A program made the translations under genes and the position numbers. DNA of 64,000 nt. It comes from Acidobacteriota bacterium (GTDB lineage Bacteria; Acidobacteriota; UBA890; WLXD01). The DNA lies in contig CAXWPH010000012.1 in NCBI GenBank assembly GCA_963666055.2, positions 413,976 to 477,975 on the forward strand. Direction: 5' to 3'. The stretch's first letter is position 1. Every line of letters starts with the position of its first letter. Positions 48,956-58,749 of this stretch are shown here, piece by piece. The notes beneath the pieces are model-generated. The model was not told the DNA's origin, searched no databases, and saw nothing but the letters and a program-made list of their open reading frames with translations.

Positions 48956-50329
48956 CTACTCCTCGCTCTCGGCCGCTGCCCGGCGCTTGTCGACCTCGGC
49001 GTCGAAGTCCTCCTGTTCCATGTAGGTGAAGTCGATCCAGACGTGCGCCATCTCGTCGACGGTGCGGTCGCCGTAGCCAACCCACTGATCGGGATCCGGA
49101 TTGCTCGGATTGTCCTCGGTATTGTCGTGCCAGGTGGTGACCAGCAGCGTCGTTCCGGCAGGCAGCAACGGCGCCACATCATCGTCATAGATGTAGTTGA
49201 TGTGCCAGTTCCATTGGAAATCGCCGACGTGGCTGAGTACCTCCCGACGACCATCCGGATAGATCGCTTCCAAGGTCTGCGCCTTGCCACGCATGTGCAT
49301 GTGTGGCTGGAAGTTCTCGATCCGCGCCGGGGCGACGAGCACTTGCTGGTGCTGGATGACGCTGACCTGGTGCGGCGGGATGTCCAGCCGGGACTCGCGC
49401 GACCCCTCGCCAATCATTCCCAGCATCGTACGGTGCTTTGGCACGTAGTCGCGGGGATAGAAGTACACGCCCAGCTCGACGACGTCGTCGGTCACCTGTG
49501 CGCCGTACGCGTAATAGTGCACCTCCCACTGAATCATCGAACCGGGCAACATCAGCTTGCCCGCGGTAGGGGGAAACACTTCGCCGACCTTGCCGATCGC
49601 CCACTCCATGAAGGTCCCGGCGCGGCGTGCCTCTGGAGGAACGTTGCTCGCCAGGCCGACAATGTCGTCCTCCTCTTGGAGTAGATAGGTGAGGACGTGA
49701 TGCACTGCTTTGCGTCCCCCAGGGTAGGACGGCTTGATCTCGATGGCGCGCACCCAACGTGCCTCGGTCAGGCCGGTCTCGACGATGGGGCGCCACCATT
49801 TGTCCTCGCCGAGATCCTCCACGGTGTATGGCTCCGAACGGACGATCAGATCGGGCTCACCGAACTCGTCGGCCAGCCGCCATTCGGCGGGGTCAGGGAA
49901 GTCGCGCGGCGGCGGCATGTCGGCGGGATCACCCATGGGGGCGCCCTCATCGATCCAACGAACGATGGTGGCCAACTCGTCGTCGGTCAGCGAACGGTCG
50001 TTCTTGTAGCGCTGGATTCCGACCGTCTTGTCGATGTGCCAGGGTGGCATACGACGCGCTACCAGCGCCTTGCGAATCGGCCTGAGAAAAGCTCGTACGT
50101 CCTCATATGTCAGCAACGACATCGGAGCGATGGAGTCTGGCTTGTGGCACTCCTGACACTTCACCTGGAGGATCGGCGCTACATCCTTGGTGAATGTGAT
50201 CGGGTCGTCGTCCGCGATCGGCGCACTGCCCGAGAAGGCGCTCCCGCTTAAGGCCAATACCACGACGAAGGCGACGCTGGCGATAGCGAGGCTCTGCAAC
50301 ACGCGAGGGTAAGACCGGTTGCTTGTCAT
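48956..50329 (-). CDS. copper type II (PHM/DBH-like) monooxygenase fused to N-terminal c-type heme domain, secreted
   Basis: TFTKDVAPILQVKCQECH, MPPW; Cu ligands VHH, EVHY, PHMH, DEM; AGGAG RBS. Confidence 0.85.
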   Translation of the reverse strand: MTSNRSYPRVLQSLAIASVAFVVVLALSGSAFSGSAPIADDDPITFTKDVAPILQVKCQECHKPDSIAPMSLLTYEDVRAFLRPIRKALVARRMPPWHIDKTVGIQRYKNDRSLTDDELATIVRWIDEGAPMGDPADMPPPRDFPDPAEWRLADEFGEPDLIVRSEPYTVEDLGEDKWWRPIVETGLTEARWVRAIEIKPSYPGGRKAVHHVLTYLLQEEDDIVGLASNVPPEARRAGTFMEWAIGKVGEVFPPTAGKLMLPGSMIQWEVHYYAYGAQVTDDVVELGVYFYPRDYVPKHRTMLGMIGEGSRESRLDIPPHQVSVIQHQQVLVAPARIENFQPHMHMRGKAQTLEAIYPDGRREVLSHVGDFQWNWHINYIYDDDVAPLLPAGTTLLVTTWHDNTEDNPSNPDPDQWVGYGDRTVDEMAHVWIDFTYMEQEDFDAEVDKRRAAAESEE

Positions 50330-50340
50330 GGTGGGCTCCT

Positions 50341-51189
50341 TCATGGAGTAACGGTGACTCGTACAAACGAATTCGTCCAGCAGCACTGGGCATGCCCCGC
50401 GGCAAAGGTCCCCGAGACGTCGTTGGCGAGCACTCGAAGGACGTACTTTCCCGGTGCGCTGAATGTCGCGGTGGTGGTCGCTTTTCCGCCATCTGCGCGA
50501 TCGACCGAGGGGGTGGCATCGCCAAACGAGACTTCCCCCTCGCCCTGGTGCTTGTGCCAGGTAAGGTCGAGGGTGTCTCCGGTGGACCTCCGGTGCCAAT
50601 ACGACTCGCTTCTGGCATCGTCGATCGCCCAGACCGTGAGGGTCAGCGGATCGCCGACGGCAACGGTCCGGGGCGGACCGTAGATTCCTCCCGGCCCGCT
50701 ACCTCCCGGGCCATCAGCGGCGAACTTGACAACCGGCGGCGTGTTCTGCACGCCCGCCTCGCCTTCCAGGGCATCGATGTAATAGCCGCGTTCCAGGTGC
50801 CCCGGTATCGAGTACGTCTTGCCGCGAATGACGATCGTCCAGAAGAGCTTCTGGTCGCCGAAATCGGCCGGCACTTTGACGCCGAACACGCCCCAGTGAC
50901 GACGTGGCCCAAAGCGGGTCGGCTGGCCCCGGTCGGGGTCGCCGGTCTCGAAACGATTGTTCGGACCCAGCGGAATCTCGACGAGCTCTTCCGAGTTGCG
51001 GTTGAAGTAGCCGAACGAGAGCGTCCGTGTGTCATCCGAGTTTATGTACCAGCCCTCGAAGACCGGGGTTACCCCCTCCCCTGACCTTGCCACGGGCCCG
51101 AGCGGTAGCTGGCGAGCAAAGAGTGCCGTGCTAGCTGTAGCGACGGCAACCGCGGTCAGCAGTACTAATGCCACGCGACCTCTAGACAT
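50341..51189 (-). CDS. conserved secreted hypothetical protein with C-terminal PKD/Ig-like domain
   Basis: Signal peptide, VTPVFEGW...SFGYFNRN, ATFSAPGKYVLRVLAND, AQCCWTN; ends 12 bp upstream of the monooxygenase. Confidence 0.8.
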   Translation of the reverse strand: MSRGRVALVLLTAVAVATASTALFARQLPLGPVARSGEGVTPVFEGWYINSDDTRTLSFGYFNRNSEELVEIPLGPNNRFETGDPDRGQPTRFGPRRHWGVFGVKVPADFGDQKLFWTIVIRGKTYSIPGHLERGYYIDALEGEAGVQNTPPVVKFAADGPGGSGPGGIYGPPRTVAVGDPLTLTVWAIDDARSESYWHRRSTGDTLDLTWHKHQGEGEVSFGDATPSVDRADGGKATTTATFSAPGKYVLRVLANDVSGTFAAGHAQCCWTNSFVRVTVTP

Positions 51190-51389
51190 CGGCTCTCCTG
51201 AGGAGGATCCGCACATGGGCGCTCGGGGCAATCCTGTGTGCGCCCGCAGGTGGAAGAGATCGTACACGTACCATCGGCCAGCACGGTCAGTCAACGAAGG
51301 GTGCACCGCGAATGAGCGCGGATACAATAGCCGCCGCTCCACCATGCGCCAAGCAACCACCCCGTGATCGAAGAACCAGCGGTAGAGAG

Positions 51390-52673
51390 TTGAAAATACG
51401 AAGTAATCGGTACGTGATCCTCGCCTGCCTGATAGTGGCCGGAGAGATGGTGTTCTCTCTGCCATTCCACGTGGGCAGGTTCTTCCGCGCTACGACCCTC
51501 GCCGTGTTCGGTTTCTCGAACACGCAATTCGGTGATGCCTTCGCGGTCTACGGCGTCACGGCGATGCTCTCCTATTTCTTCGGCGGCCCGCTCGCCGATC
51601 GCTTCTCCGCGCGCAAGCTGATCGCCACGTCGCTATTCGCCACTGGCTTGGGTGGCTTCTACATGGCGAGCATCCCGGGCTTCGCCGGCACCACGTTCTT
51701 GTTCGGGTACTGGGGGGCCACCACCATCCTCTTCCTGTGGGCCGCGATGATCCGCGCTACCCGCGAGTGGGGCGGCGTGGCGGCGCAGGGGCGCGCGTTC
51801 GGATTGCTGGATGGCGGCCGTGGTCTGGCAGCTGCGGCCATGGCCAGCGTCGCGGTCGTGCTCTTCGGGCTGTTTCTACCCGGCGAGACGACTGAGATAA
51901 CGGCGACCGAGCGGCTCGCTGCGCTCCGCGCGGTCATCTATTTCTACACCGCAATGACCATCGCCGCGGGGGCCCTCGTATTGCTCGTCATACCCGAGTC
52001 GAAGCGCAACCACCTCTCGTCCCCGCGCAGCCCGCTTCCGGCGCTGCGGGCGGTCGTGGGTACGGCGTCCGTCTGGGCTCAGGCGCTTATCGTCGTGTGC
52101 GCCTACTGTGCCTACAAAGGTCTAGACAACTACTCGCTCTACGCCGTCGAGGTGATGGGAATGAGCGAGCTCCAGGCGGCGCAGTTCACCGCCAGCGCGA
52201 CGTACCTCCGCCTGTTCGGGGCGATCGGCGCCGGGTTACTCGCCGACCGCTTCACCGCCCGGCGAACCCTGGCCGGACTCTTCATGATTCTGACGGTGAG
52301 CTACGTCGCCCTGGCGCTGTCGAGCCCGGCGGCAGGACTGGTCGGTGTCATCTACGCCAACCTCCTCGTAACCTTCGCCGCTACCTACGGTCTTCGCGGC
52401 ATCTATTTCGCCCTGCTGGAGGAGACCAAGGTGCCGAGCACTAGCACCGGTACCGCGGTTGGCGTGATCTCCGTCGTCGGCTTCACGCCAGAGATATTCT
52501 TCGCGTCGATCGCCGGGCGGATTCTCGATTACTCACCGGGCGTCACCGGCCACCAGAACTTCTTCGCCTTCCTTGCGATGATCGCGGTGGTCGGGGTCGG
52601 CGCCTACTTCGTGCTGGCGCGTCTGTTGAGATCCCAGGATTCGCGAGCTACATCCGATCACGGCTGCGCGTGA
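51390..52673 (+). CDS. MFS transporter
   Basis: About 12 TM segments; GGPLADRFSARK and GLLADRFTARR motif-A copies. Confidence 0.9.
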   Translation: MKIRSNRYVILACLIVAGEMVFSLPFHVGRFFRATTLAVFGFSNTQFGDAFAVYGVTAMLSYFFGGPLADRFSARKLIATSLFATGLGGFYMASIPGFAGTTFLFGYWGATTILFLWAAMIRATREWGGVAAQGRAFGLLDGGRGLAAAAMASVAVVLFGLFLPGETTEITATERLAALRAVIYFYTAMTIAAGALVLLVIPESKRNHLSSPRSPLPALRAVVGTASVWAQALIVVCAYCAYKGLDNYSLYAVEVMGMSELQAAQFTASATYLRLFGAIGAGLLADRFTARRTLAGLFMILTVSYVALALSSPAAGLVGVIYANLLVTFAATYGLRGIYFALLEETKVPSTSTGTAVGVISVVGFTPEIFFASIAGRILDYSPGVTGHQNFFAFLAMIAVVGVGAYFVLARLLRSQDSRATSDHGCA

Positions 52674-52687
52674 CGTTCGATAGGCGC

Positions 52688-55063
52688 TCAGGCCATCGAG
52701 TCCAACACCGCGTCAAGCGTCGCCACTAGCCGCTCCGCATGACTGGATGCGAAGACGATCGGGGGGCGGATCTTCAATACATTACCGTGCGGGCCCTCAC
52801 GCCCCACCAGCACGCCACGCTCCCGCAGCTGATTCACCACCCGGCGTGTTTCCACCGGCGCCGGCTCTCGTGTGCTTCGGTCGAGCACCAGCTCGACGCC
52901 GATGAACAGACCCGGGCCGCGCACGTCTCCGATCACCGCGTGACGATCTGCCAGTTCTTCCAAGGCCGTACGCAACTCGGCGCCGACTCGCTGAGCGTTC
53001 TGCTGCAGCTCTTCGATTTCAATGACATCGAGGACCGCCGTCGCCGCAGCGCACGACACCGGGTTGCCCCCGGTGGTGCTGAAGAACCCGCTGGCCGCCT
53101 GGAACTCCTCCGCCAGCTCTCGTCGCGTCACCACCGCACCTACCGGGTGACCGTTGCCGATCGGCTTGCCGAACGTGACGATGTCAGGCACGACACCGTC
53201 GACCTCGAATCCCCACATGTGCGCTCCGGTGCGTCCGAAGCCGGCCTGAACTTCGTCGGCAACACATAGTCCCCCAGCAGCCCGCACGCGGTCGAAGACA
53301 CCCGACAGGAACCCCGGCGGGATGTCGAAGATCCCGTCGCTACTGAGCACCGTGTCGATGAGGAACATGGCGGGCTCGTGACCCTTGTCACGCAACTTCG
53401 CGATGGCCGTGTCGGCGCCGGCAGCAAACTTCGCTCCGCGATCCTGATCGTCTCTGCGCCATCGACCGCGGTAATCGTCCGGCGGATCGATGGTCTCGAC
53501 ATAGGGGGCAATATCACCGTGGCGGCCTGAGGGCGACAGATCGTGAGTTATCTGGGTCACACCGTGATAGGCGTTGCGCGTCACCAGGGCTCCGCTGTGC
53601 CCTGTACAGGTGGCGGCGATACGCCACGCCAGGTCGTTGGCCTCGCTCCCCGACGAAACCAGCATGCATACTTCGAGCTCACCGGGCAGCGTGCCTACTA
53701 GCCGATCGCCGAACTCTACAATGTGCTCGTAGAGGTAGCGGGTGTTGGTGTTCAAGGTCGCTGCCTGGCGGGCGATCGCGCTCACCACGCTCGGATGACA
53801 GTGCCCCACTTGCGGGACGTTGTTGTAGCAATCCAGGTAGGCGGTCTGCTCAGGGCCGTACAGCCACACTCCCTCACCGCGCACCGTGTGGACCGGTGTC
53901 TCGTACGAGAGCTCGTAGCCGCTGCCCAGGCGTGCCACCCGTCGTCGCTGTAGAGCCGTCGTAGACGTCTCCGCCGGAACGGTAACCGTCGCTGGAGATA
54001 TCCCACAGGCGCTTCGGTACAGATCCGCTACTTCTTCATGACCAGCCGCCTGCATGGCCTCGAGCGAGTTGGCGAGATCTTCCTCGATGTTGTCGAAGTG
54101 ATCGCGCTCGTCCGAGAATGGCTTCCACGACTCGATGGCGAAAAACATCGCCAACCGGGTGGCTGCGAGCACCGGTAGCAGCTCGATCTCGAGGGGCTCC
54201 AACGGCGTCACCGAGTGAAACCCGGCAACGATCCGCGCACTCAGCGCCAGCTCGCCCTTGCGTCCGGACGGAATCTCTGCCGCTGCGACAGCGAGATCCT
54301 GGACCAGCGGGGCGTGGATCACGTCGCCGAAGTCGTACACGCCAGCGACACTCCAGGGGCGATCGGCGTCAACCAGCGCGTTGTGGAACGAGACGTCGTT
54401 GTGGATGATCTGGGCGCGCAAGCGCTGCAGCTGAGGCGCCGCCGTGCGATCGAACGTCTCGAACGCGGCTTCCGCCAGCACTCGATGCCGGTGGTCGACA
54501 ATTCCGCTCGCCAGCTCGCCGATCCGCCCCGCGCGCTTGATATCCCAGGCCAAGGGATGGTCGGCGGCCCGATGAAACAGTCCGCGCAGGCCGACGCCGA
54601 TCTTGGCGGTGATGGCGCCCAGCGCGTGCATCATGCGCGGATCGTCGGGCGCGTCCCCAACCAGCATGCCCGGCAGGTAGCTGAGCAACCTGGCGTGGTG
54701 CGGGCGTCCCTGGTCGTCGAGCACCTCAACCCAATGGGAGCGCGTGTTGCCCTCGAATAGACGCGGCACGGGAAGCGCCGGAGCCATCGATGCCAGGCGT
54801 CGAAGAACCGTGCACTGAAGGTCGATCAGCGCGGCAAAATCGGCCCGGTTGCCGATCTTGAGGACGCGCCGGTCATCATCGGCGCCGGTGAGCAAAAAGT
54901 TCTGGTCGCGCTCCCCACCGAGCGCTGCGGCTTCTCCCACGAAGCCGAAGGCCTCAGCCGCAATTGCAGCGGCATCGGCCACGCTGAACTCCGGCGGCGC
55001 CACCGATAAACAGCGCAGAAGCTCATCGAGGTCCGGTTCTGGTGTGGATTCGGGAGGGAGCAT
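52688..55063 (-). CDS. fusion of APH/hydroxylysine-kinase-like phosphotransferase and class III PLP aminotransferase/phospho-lyase
   Basis: LGGERDQNF, VLKI, IIHND, YDFGD; then YLDCYNNVPQVGHCHP, NTNTRYL, SGSEANDLA, DEVQAGFGR, TFGKPIGNG, VLKIRPP. Confidence 0.9.
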   Translation of the reverse strand: MLPPESTPEPDLDELLRCLSVAPPEFSVADAAAIAAEAFGFVGEAAALGGERDQNFLLTGADDDRRVLKIGNRADFAALIDLQCTVLRRLASMAPALPVPRLFEGNTRSHWVEVLDDQGRPHHARLLSYLPGMLVGDAPDDPRMMHALGAITAKIGVGLRGLFHRAADHPLAWDIKRAGRIGELASGIVDHRHRVLAEAAFETFDRTAAPQLQRLRAQIIHNDVSFHNALVDADRPWSVAGVYDFGDVIHAPLVQDLAVAAAEIPSGRKGELALSARIVAGFHSVTPLEPLEIELLPVLAATRLAMFFAIESWKPFSDERDHFDNIEEDLANSLEAMQAAGHEEVADLYRSACGISPATVTVPAETSTTALQRRRVARLGSGYELSYETPVHTVRGEGVWLYGPEQTAYLDCYNNVPQVGHCHPSVVSAIARQAATLNTNTRYLYEHIVEFGDRLVGTLPGELEVCMLVSSGSEANDLAWRIAATCTGHSGALVTRNAYHGVTQITHDLSPSGRHGDIAPYVETIDPPDDYRGRWRRDDQDRGAKFAAGADTAIAKLRDKGHEPAMFLIDTVLSSDGIFDIPPGFLSGVFDRVRAAGGLCVADEVQAGFGRTGAHMWGFEVDGVVPDIVTFGKPIGNGHPVGAVVTRRELAEEFQAASGFFSTTGGNPVSCAAATAVLDVIEIEELQQNAQRVGAELRTALEELADRHAVIGDVRGPGLFIGVELVLDRSTREPAPVETRRVVNQLRERGVLVGREGPHGNVLKIRPPIVFASSHAERLVATLDAVLDSMA

Positions 55064-55083
55064 CCGGTGCACCGAGACGCCCG

Positions 55084-56139
55084 CTAGCTCCTCAAGCCAG
55101 CTACGTAGCCGATATCGGCCTCGCTGACTGTCTCCGCGTCGCCGAGAGAATAGTGCTTCGACATGTCCGGTGAGTACCGGCTGGCGGGCGGCTGGCGTCC
55201 GAGTGCTTCGGCCATGGCACGAACATGGTGCGGTGCCCCCCCACAACAGATTCCCAGGTAGCGAATGTCGAGGTCACGTGCCTGGCGGGCAAACTCCGCC
55301 ATCTCGTAGCGGTTGCACGTGAACGCGTCGAGCGCCACCGGAAACGGCCGGCTTTCCGGTATGCAATCGCATGCCGGATCGGCCAGCGCCTGGAACGATT
55401 CGCAGTCGGGGGTCGTCCGATAGGGTACCGGGAGCAACGCCACGTGGCACGAAACGGCGGCGCGAATACGCTCCCCGACTGGCAACATGGTTGCGGGACC
55501 GCGGGTGCAGTTGAGACCCACGACGTCCGCCCCTGCTTGTTCGAGCCGTTGCGCCGCTTCCTCGACGGTCACGTCGTCGCGCAGGCGCGGATCCTCGTGC
55601 AGTGCCAAAGTGACCACCGCAGGCACTCCGGCCGCCTTGATGGCGCTGGCCGCTAGCTCGGCCTCGCCACAGTACGGGAACGTCTCGCCGATGATGAAAT
55701 CCACGCCCGCCTCGACAGCCCATTCGATCTGCTCGTCGAACATCGCCCGCACCTCGGACTCCGAGCTTGCGTCGACCCACAGGTTCGTGTTGCAGATGTT
55801 GCCGGCGACGAGCGGTGGGTTGGCTGGGAACTCCGAGGCCACCTCGAACGCCAGCGCCAGCGCCTGACGCTGCATGGGCTCCAGTAGGTCCTCCTTACCG
55901 ATGCTACGCAGCTTCTCACGATGCGCATAGTAGGTCAGCGCCTCGATCACGTCGGAGCCAGCGCGCACGAACTCACGATGCAACTGCTTTACCGAATCCG
56001 GAAACTCCAGCACCACTTCAGGCACAAAGGCACCCGCCTGTAGATAACCGCGCCGCTCGAGCTCGAACACGTAGCCTTCCGCACAGATGACGACTCCGGC
56101 GTCGAGCTGTTCGATCAGTCCTTTCTTCGGATTGCTCAT
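55084..56139 (-). CDS. betaine-homocysteine S-methyltransferase-like (homocysteine S-methyltransferase family)
   Basis: AEGYVFELERRGYLQAG, LHREFVRAGSDV, GLNC, LGICCG Zn ligands. Confidence 0.88.
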   Translation of the reverse strand: MSNPKKGLIEQLDAGVVICAEGYVFELERRGYLQAGAFVPEVVLEFPDSVKQLHREFVRAGSDVIEALTYYAHREKLRSIGKEDLLEPMQRQALALAFEVASEFPANPPLVAGNICNTNLWVDASSESEVRAMFDEQIEWAVEAGVDFIIGETFPYCGEAELAASAIKAAGVPAVVTLALHEDPRLRDDVTVEEAAQRLEQAGADVVGLNCTRGPATMLPVGERIRAAVSCHVALLPVPYRTTPDCESFQALADPACDCIPESRPFPVALDAFTCNRYEMAEFARQARDLDIRYLGICCGGAPHHVRAMAEALGRQPPASRYSPDMSKHYSLGDAETVSEADIGYVAGLRS

Positions 56140-56353
56140 GTCACACCCCGCCGATTTCAGCCCGCCTCACGCATGCCCGCCCCGTGCATCTGAGAACGGC
56201 TCCACAGAGGGTACACGCGGTGGCGAAATAGCGAGACCGAGATCGGCGCGCAGATCTTGGTCGACCCTCTCTCGCCGACCTGCGAGGCAGCCCGGGACCC
56301 CCGTCGACATGGAGAAAGACGGCGCGCTAGAATGCGCCGTTTGGGAGGAGCCC

Positions 56354-57652
56354 ATGTCGCTGTTGGCCGGCCGTATCGCAACCCTGGGGACCGAGAATGC
56401 CTTTCGGCTGGGTGCCGATATCCAGCGCTGTGTCGAGCGGGGTATGGAGGTCATCAGGTTCAATCTGGGCGAGCCTGACTTCGACAGCGCCCCGCACATC
56501 AACCGTGAGGCCATCGCGCAGATCGAGGCGGGGAACTCGCACTATTGCGACCCCGCCGGATTGCTCGGCTTACGCGAGAGCATCGCACGGCATGTTTCGG
56601 CGACCCGTGAGATCGACGTCGATCCCGGCCGAGTGGTGGTGACCACGGGCGGCAAGCCACCGATCGGCTACACCTTCCAGACCTACGTCGACCCTGGCGA
56701 CGAGGTCATCTACCCGAGCCCCGGGTTTCCGATCTACGAGTCGTGGGTCACGTTCGTCGGCGCCGTTCCGGTACCGCTGCAACTCTCCGAGGACGCCGGG
56801 TTCGGCTTCTCCGCCGATGAATTAGCGACGCTGATCACCGAGCGCACCAAGCTGATCATCCTCTGCTCGCCGTCGAACCCGACCGGCGGAGTGGTCTCCC
56901 GGAAAGACCTCGGCGAGATCGCCGCGGTGATTCGCGAGCGCTGCCGCCCGGAGGTCAGAATTTACTCCGACGAGATCTACGAGCACATTCTGTTCGACGG
57001 CGAGGCCCACCACAGCATCGCCTCCCATCCCCAGATGCCCGAGCGCACCGTCCTAGTGAGCGGCCACTCGAAAGGCTTCGCGATGACCGGATGGCGACTC
57101 GGCTTCGCCGTGCTGCCGAGCCTCGAGGAGGCGGCGATCTTCAAACAGCTCAACATCAACATCGTCTCCTGCGTGCCGGCATTCATCCAGGAGGCTGGCC
57201 GCGAGGCCCTCGAGAACCCTGAATCCGAGCGCACGGTGGGTGAGCTGGTGACGGCCTTCGAGAGGCGCCGCGACTGGGTGGTGCCAGCGCTAGCCGGCAT
57301 CAACGGCTTTCGATGCCAGAACCCGAAGGGCGCCTTCTATGTGTTCCCCAACGTCGCCGGAGCTTGTGAGCGTCTGGGCGTCCTCGAAGCCCACGCTGGC
57401 ATGGCGCCCGAGGTCCGTGCGCGGACCAGCCCATCGGGGATGTTGCAGATGTTCCTGCTCTACCACTACGGCGTGGCGACGATGGATCGTCCCTCGTTCG
57501 GCCAGGTAGGCGCCGAAGGCCAACATTTCTTGCGGCTCTCGATTGCCACCGGGATGGAGGAAATCAAGCGTGGCGTGGCTCGGATCGCTGAGGCGGTCGA
57601 GGATCGGCAGGGCTTCGAGGCCTTTTTCGAGGAGCAGCACCTATGGGACTGA
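56354..57652 (+). CDS. class I/II PLP aminotransferase (aspartate aminotransferase-like)
   Basis: NLGEPDF, SPSNPTG, SDEIY, SKGFAMTGWRLG, GAFYVFPN; GGAGGAG RBS. Confidence 0.92.
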   Translation: MSLLAGRIATLGTENAFRLGADIQRCVERGMEVIRFNLGEPDFDSAPHINREAIAQIEAGNSHYCDPAGLLGLRESIARHVSATREIDVDPGRVVVTTGGKPPIGYTFQTYVDPGDEVIYPSPGFPIYESWVTFVGAVPVPLQLSEDAGFGFSADELATLITERTKLIILCSPSNPTGGVVSRKDLGEIAAVIRERCRPEVRIYSDEIYEHILFDGEAHHSIASHPQMPERTVLVSGHSKGFAMTGWRLGFAVLPSLEEAAIFKQLNINIVSCVPAFIQEAGREALENPESERTVGELVTAFERRRDWVVPALAGINGFRCQNPKGAFYVFPNVAGACERLGVLEAHAGMAPEVRARTSPSGMLQMFLLYHYGVATMDRPSFGQVGAEGQHFLRLSIATGMEEIKRGVARIAEAVEDRQGFEAFFEEQHLWD

Positions 57653-57686
57653 GCCGCGCCCTACAGCGCCGAGAGAGGGGCACCGT

Positions 57687-58721
57687 ATGAGCGGTCCCAG
57701 GATCTTCGTGACCCGCAGGATGCCACCGCCGGGAATGGAGATTCTCGCCGCCTCGGAAGCCGCGATCACGGTCTGCCAAGAGATCGAAGACGAAGGCGTA
57801 AGCCGGGTAGACCTGATCGAGGGGGTGCGCGGTTGCAACGTGCTCGTATCGCTGCTGACCGAAACGGTGGACCGCGACCTGATGATGGTCAACGAGGGCC
57901 TGCTTGGCGTCGCCAATATGGCCGTGGGCTTCAACAACATCGACATCGCGGCCGCCACCGAGCTGGGAATCCCAGTATCCAACACCCCGGGCGTCCTGAC
58001 GGACACTACCGCGGACCTCGCCTGGGCGCTGATCCTGGCGGTGGCACGGCGGATCCCGGAGGCCCACAACTACATGGTCGAAGGGCGGTACAAGATCTGG
58101 GGACCGAACCTTTTCCTCGGCGGGGACGTCGGCCCGGGCGCCAGCGGCGTGCGCAAGGTATTGGGGATCGTGGGGTACGGCCGCATCGGCGCGGCGGTGG
58201 CCAAGCGAGCGCTCGGATTCGACATGGACGTTCTGGCCTTTGATCCGCATGCGCGGGAGGCGATCGACGAGTCGGACTGGGCCAGCTGGGCCGACTTCGG
58301 GGAGCTGCTCGAGCGCAGCGATTTCGTCAGCCTGCACCCGTTGCTGAGCGACCAGACCCACCACCTGATGGGCGCGGCAGAACTACGTCAGATGAAGTCG
58401 ACCGCCTATCTGGTCAACACCTCGCGAGGCCCGGTGATTGACGAAGCGGCCTTGGTGACGGCGCTTCGCGAGGGTTGGATCGCCGGCGCCGGCCTCGATG
58501 TCTACGAGAACGAGCCGGCGATGGCGCCAAGCCTCAGCGAGTTCCCCAACGCGGTGCTGCTGCCGCATATCGCCAGTGCCTCGACGGACACCCGCGGCAA
58601 GATGAGCAGCATGGCGGCGAACAACGCCCTCGCCCATCTGCGCCGCCAGCGGGCCGCCAACCCGGTCAACCCCGAGGTCTACGACACCTCGGCCTATCGC
58701 CGGCGCACGGACGGCGGCTGA
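57687..58721 (+). CDS. D-2-hydroxyacid dehydrogenase (glyoxylate/hydroxypyruvate reductase-like)
   Basis: AVGFNNID, NTPGVLTDTTADL, GYGRIG, NTSRGPVIDE, GLDVYENEP, PHIASA. Confidence 0.92.
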   Translation: MSGPRIFVTRRMPPPGMEILAASEAAITVCQEIEDEGVSRVDLIEGVRGCNVLVSLLTETVDRDLMMVNEGLLGVANMAVGFNNIDIAAATELGIPVSNTPGVLTDTTADLAWALILAVARRIPEAHNYMVEGRYKIWGPNLFLGGDVGPGASGVRKVLGIVGYGRIGAAVAKRALGFDMDVLAFDPHAREAIDESDWASWADFGELLERSDFVSLHPLLSDQTHHLMGAAELRQMKSTAYLVNTSRGPVIDEAALVTALREGWIAGAGLDVYENEPAMAPSLSEFPNAVLLPHIASASTDTRGKMSSMAANNALAHLRRQRAANPVNPEVYDTSAYRRRTDGG

Positions 58722-58749
58722 TCTACGCTTGTGGCAGAGTGCGGTTGAG

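Noticed and set aside
56140-56350. SAM or SAH riboswitch upstream of the methyltransferase
   Set aside because: No consensus core recognisable by eye; an Rfam scan would settle it
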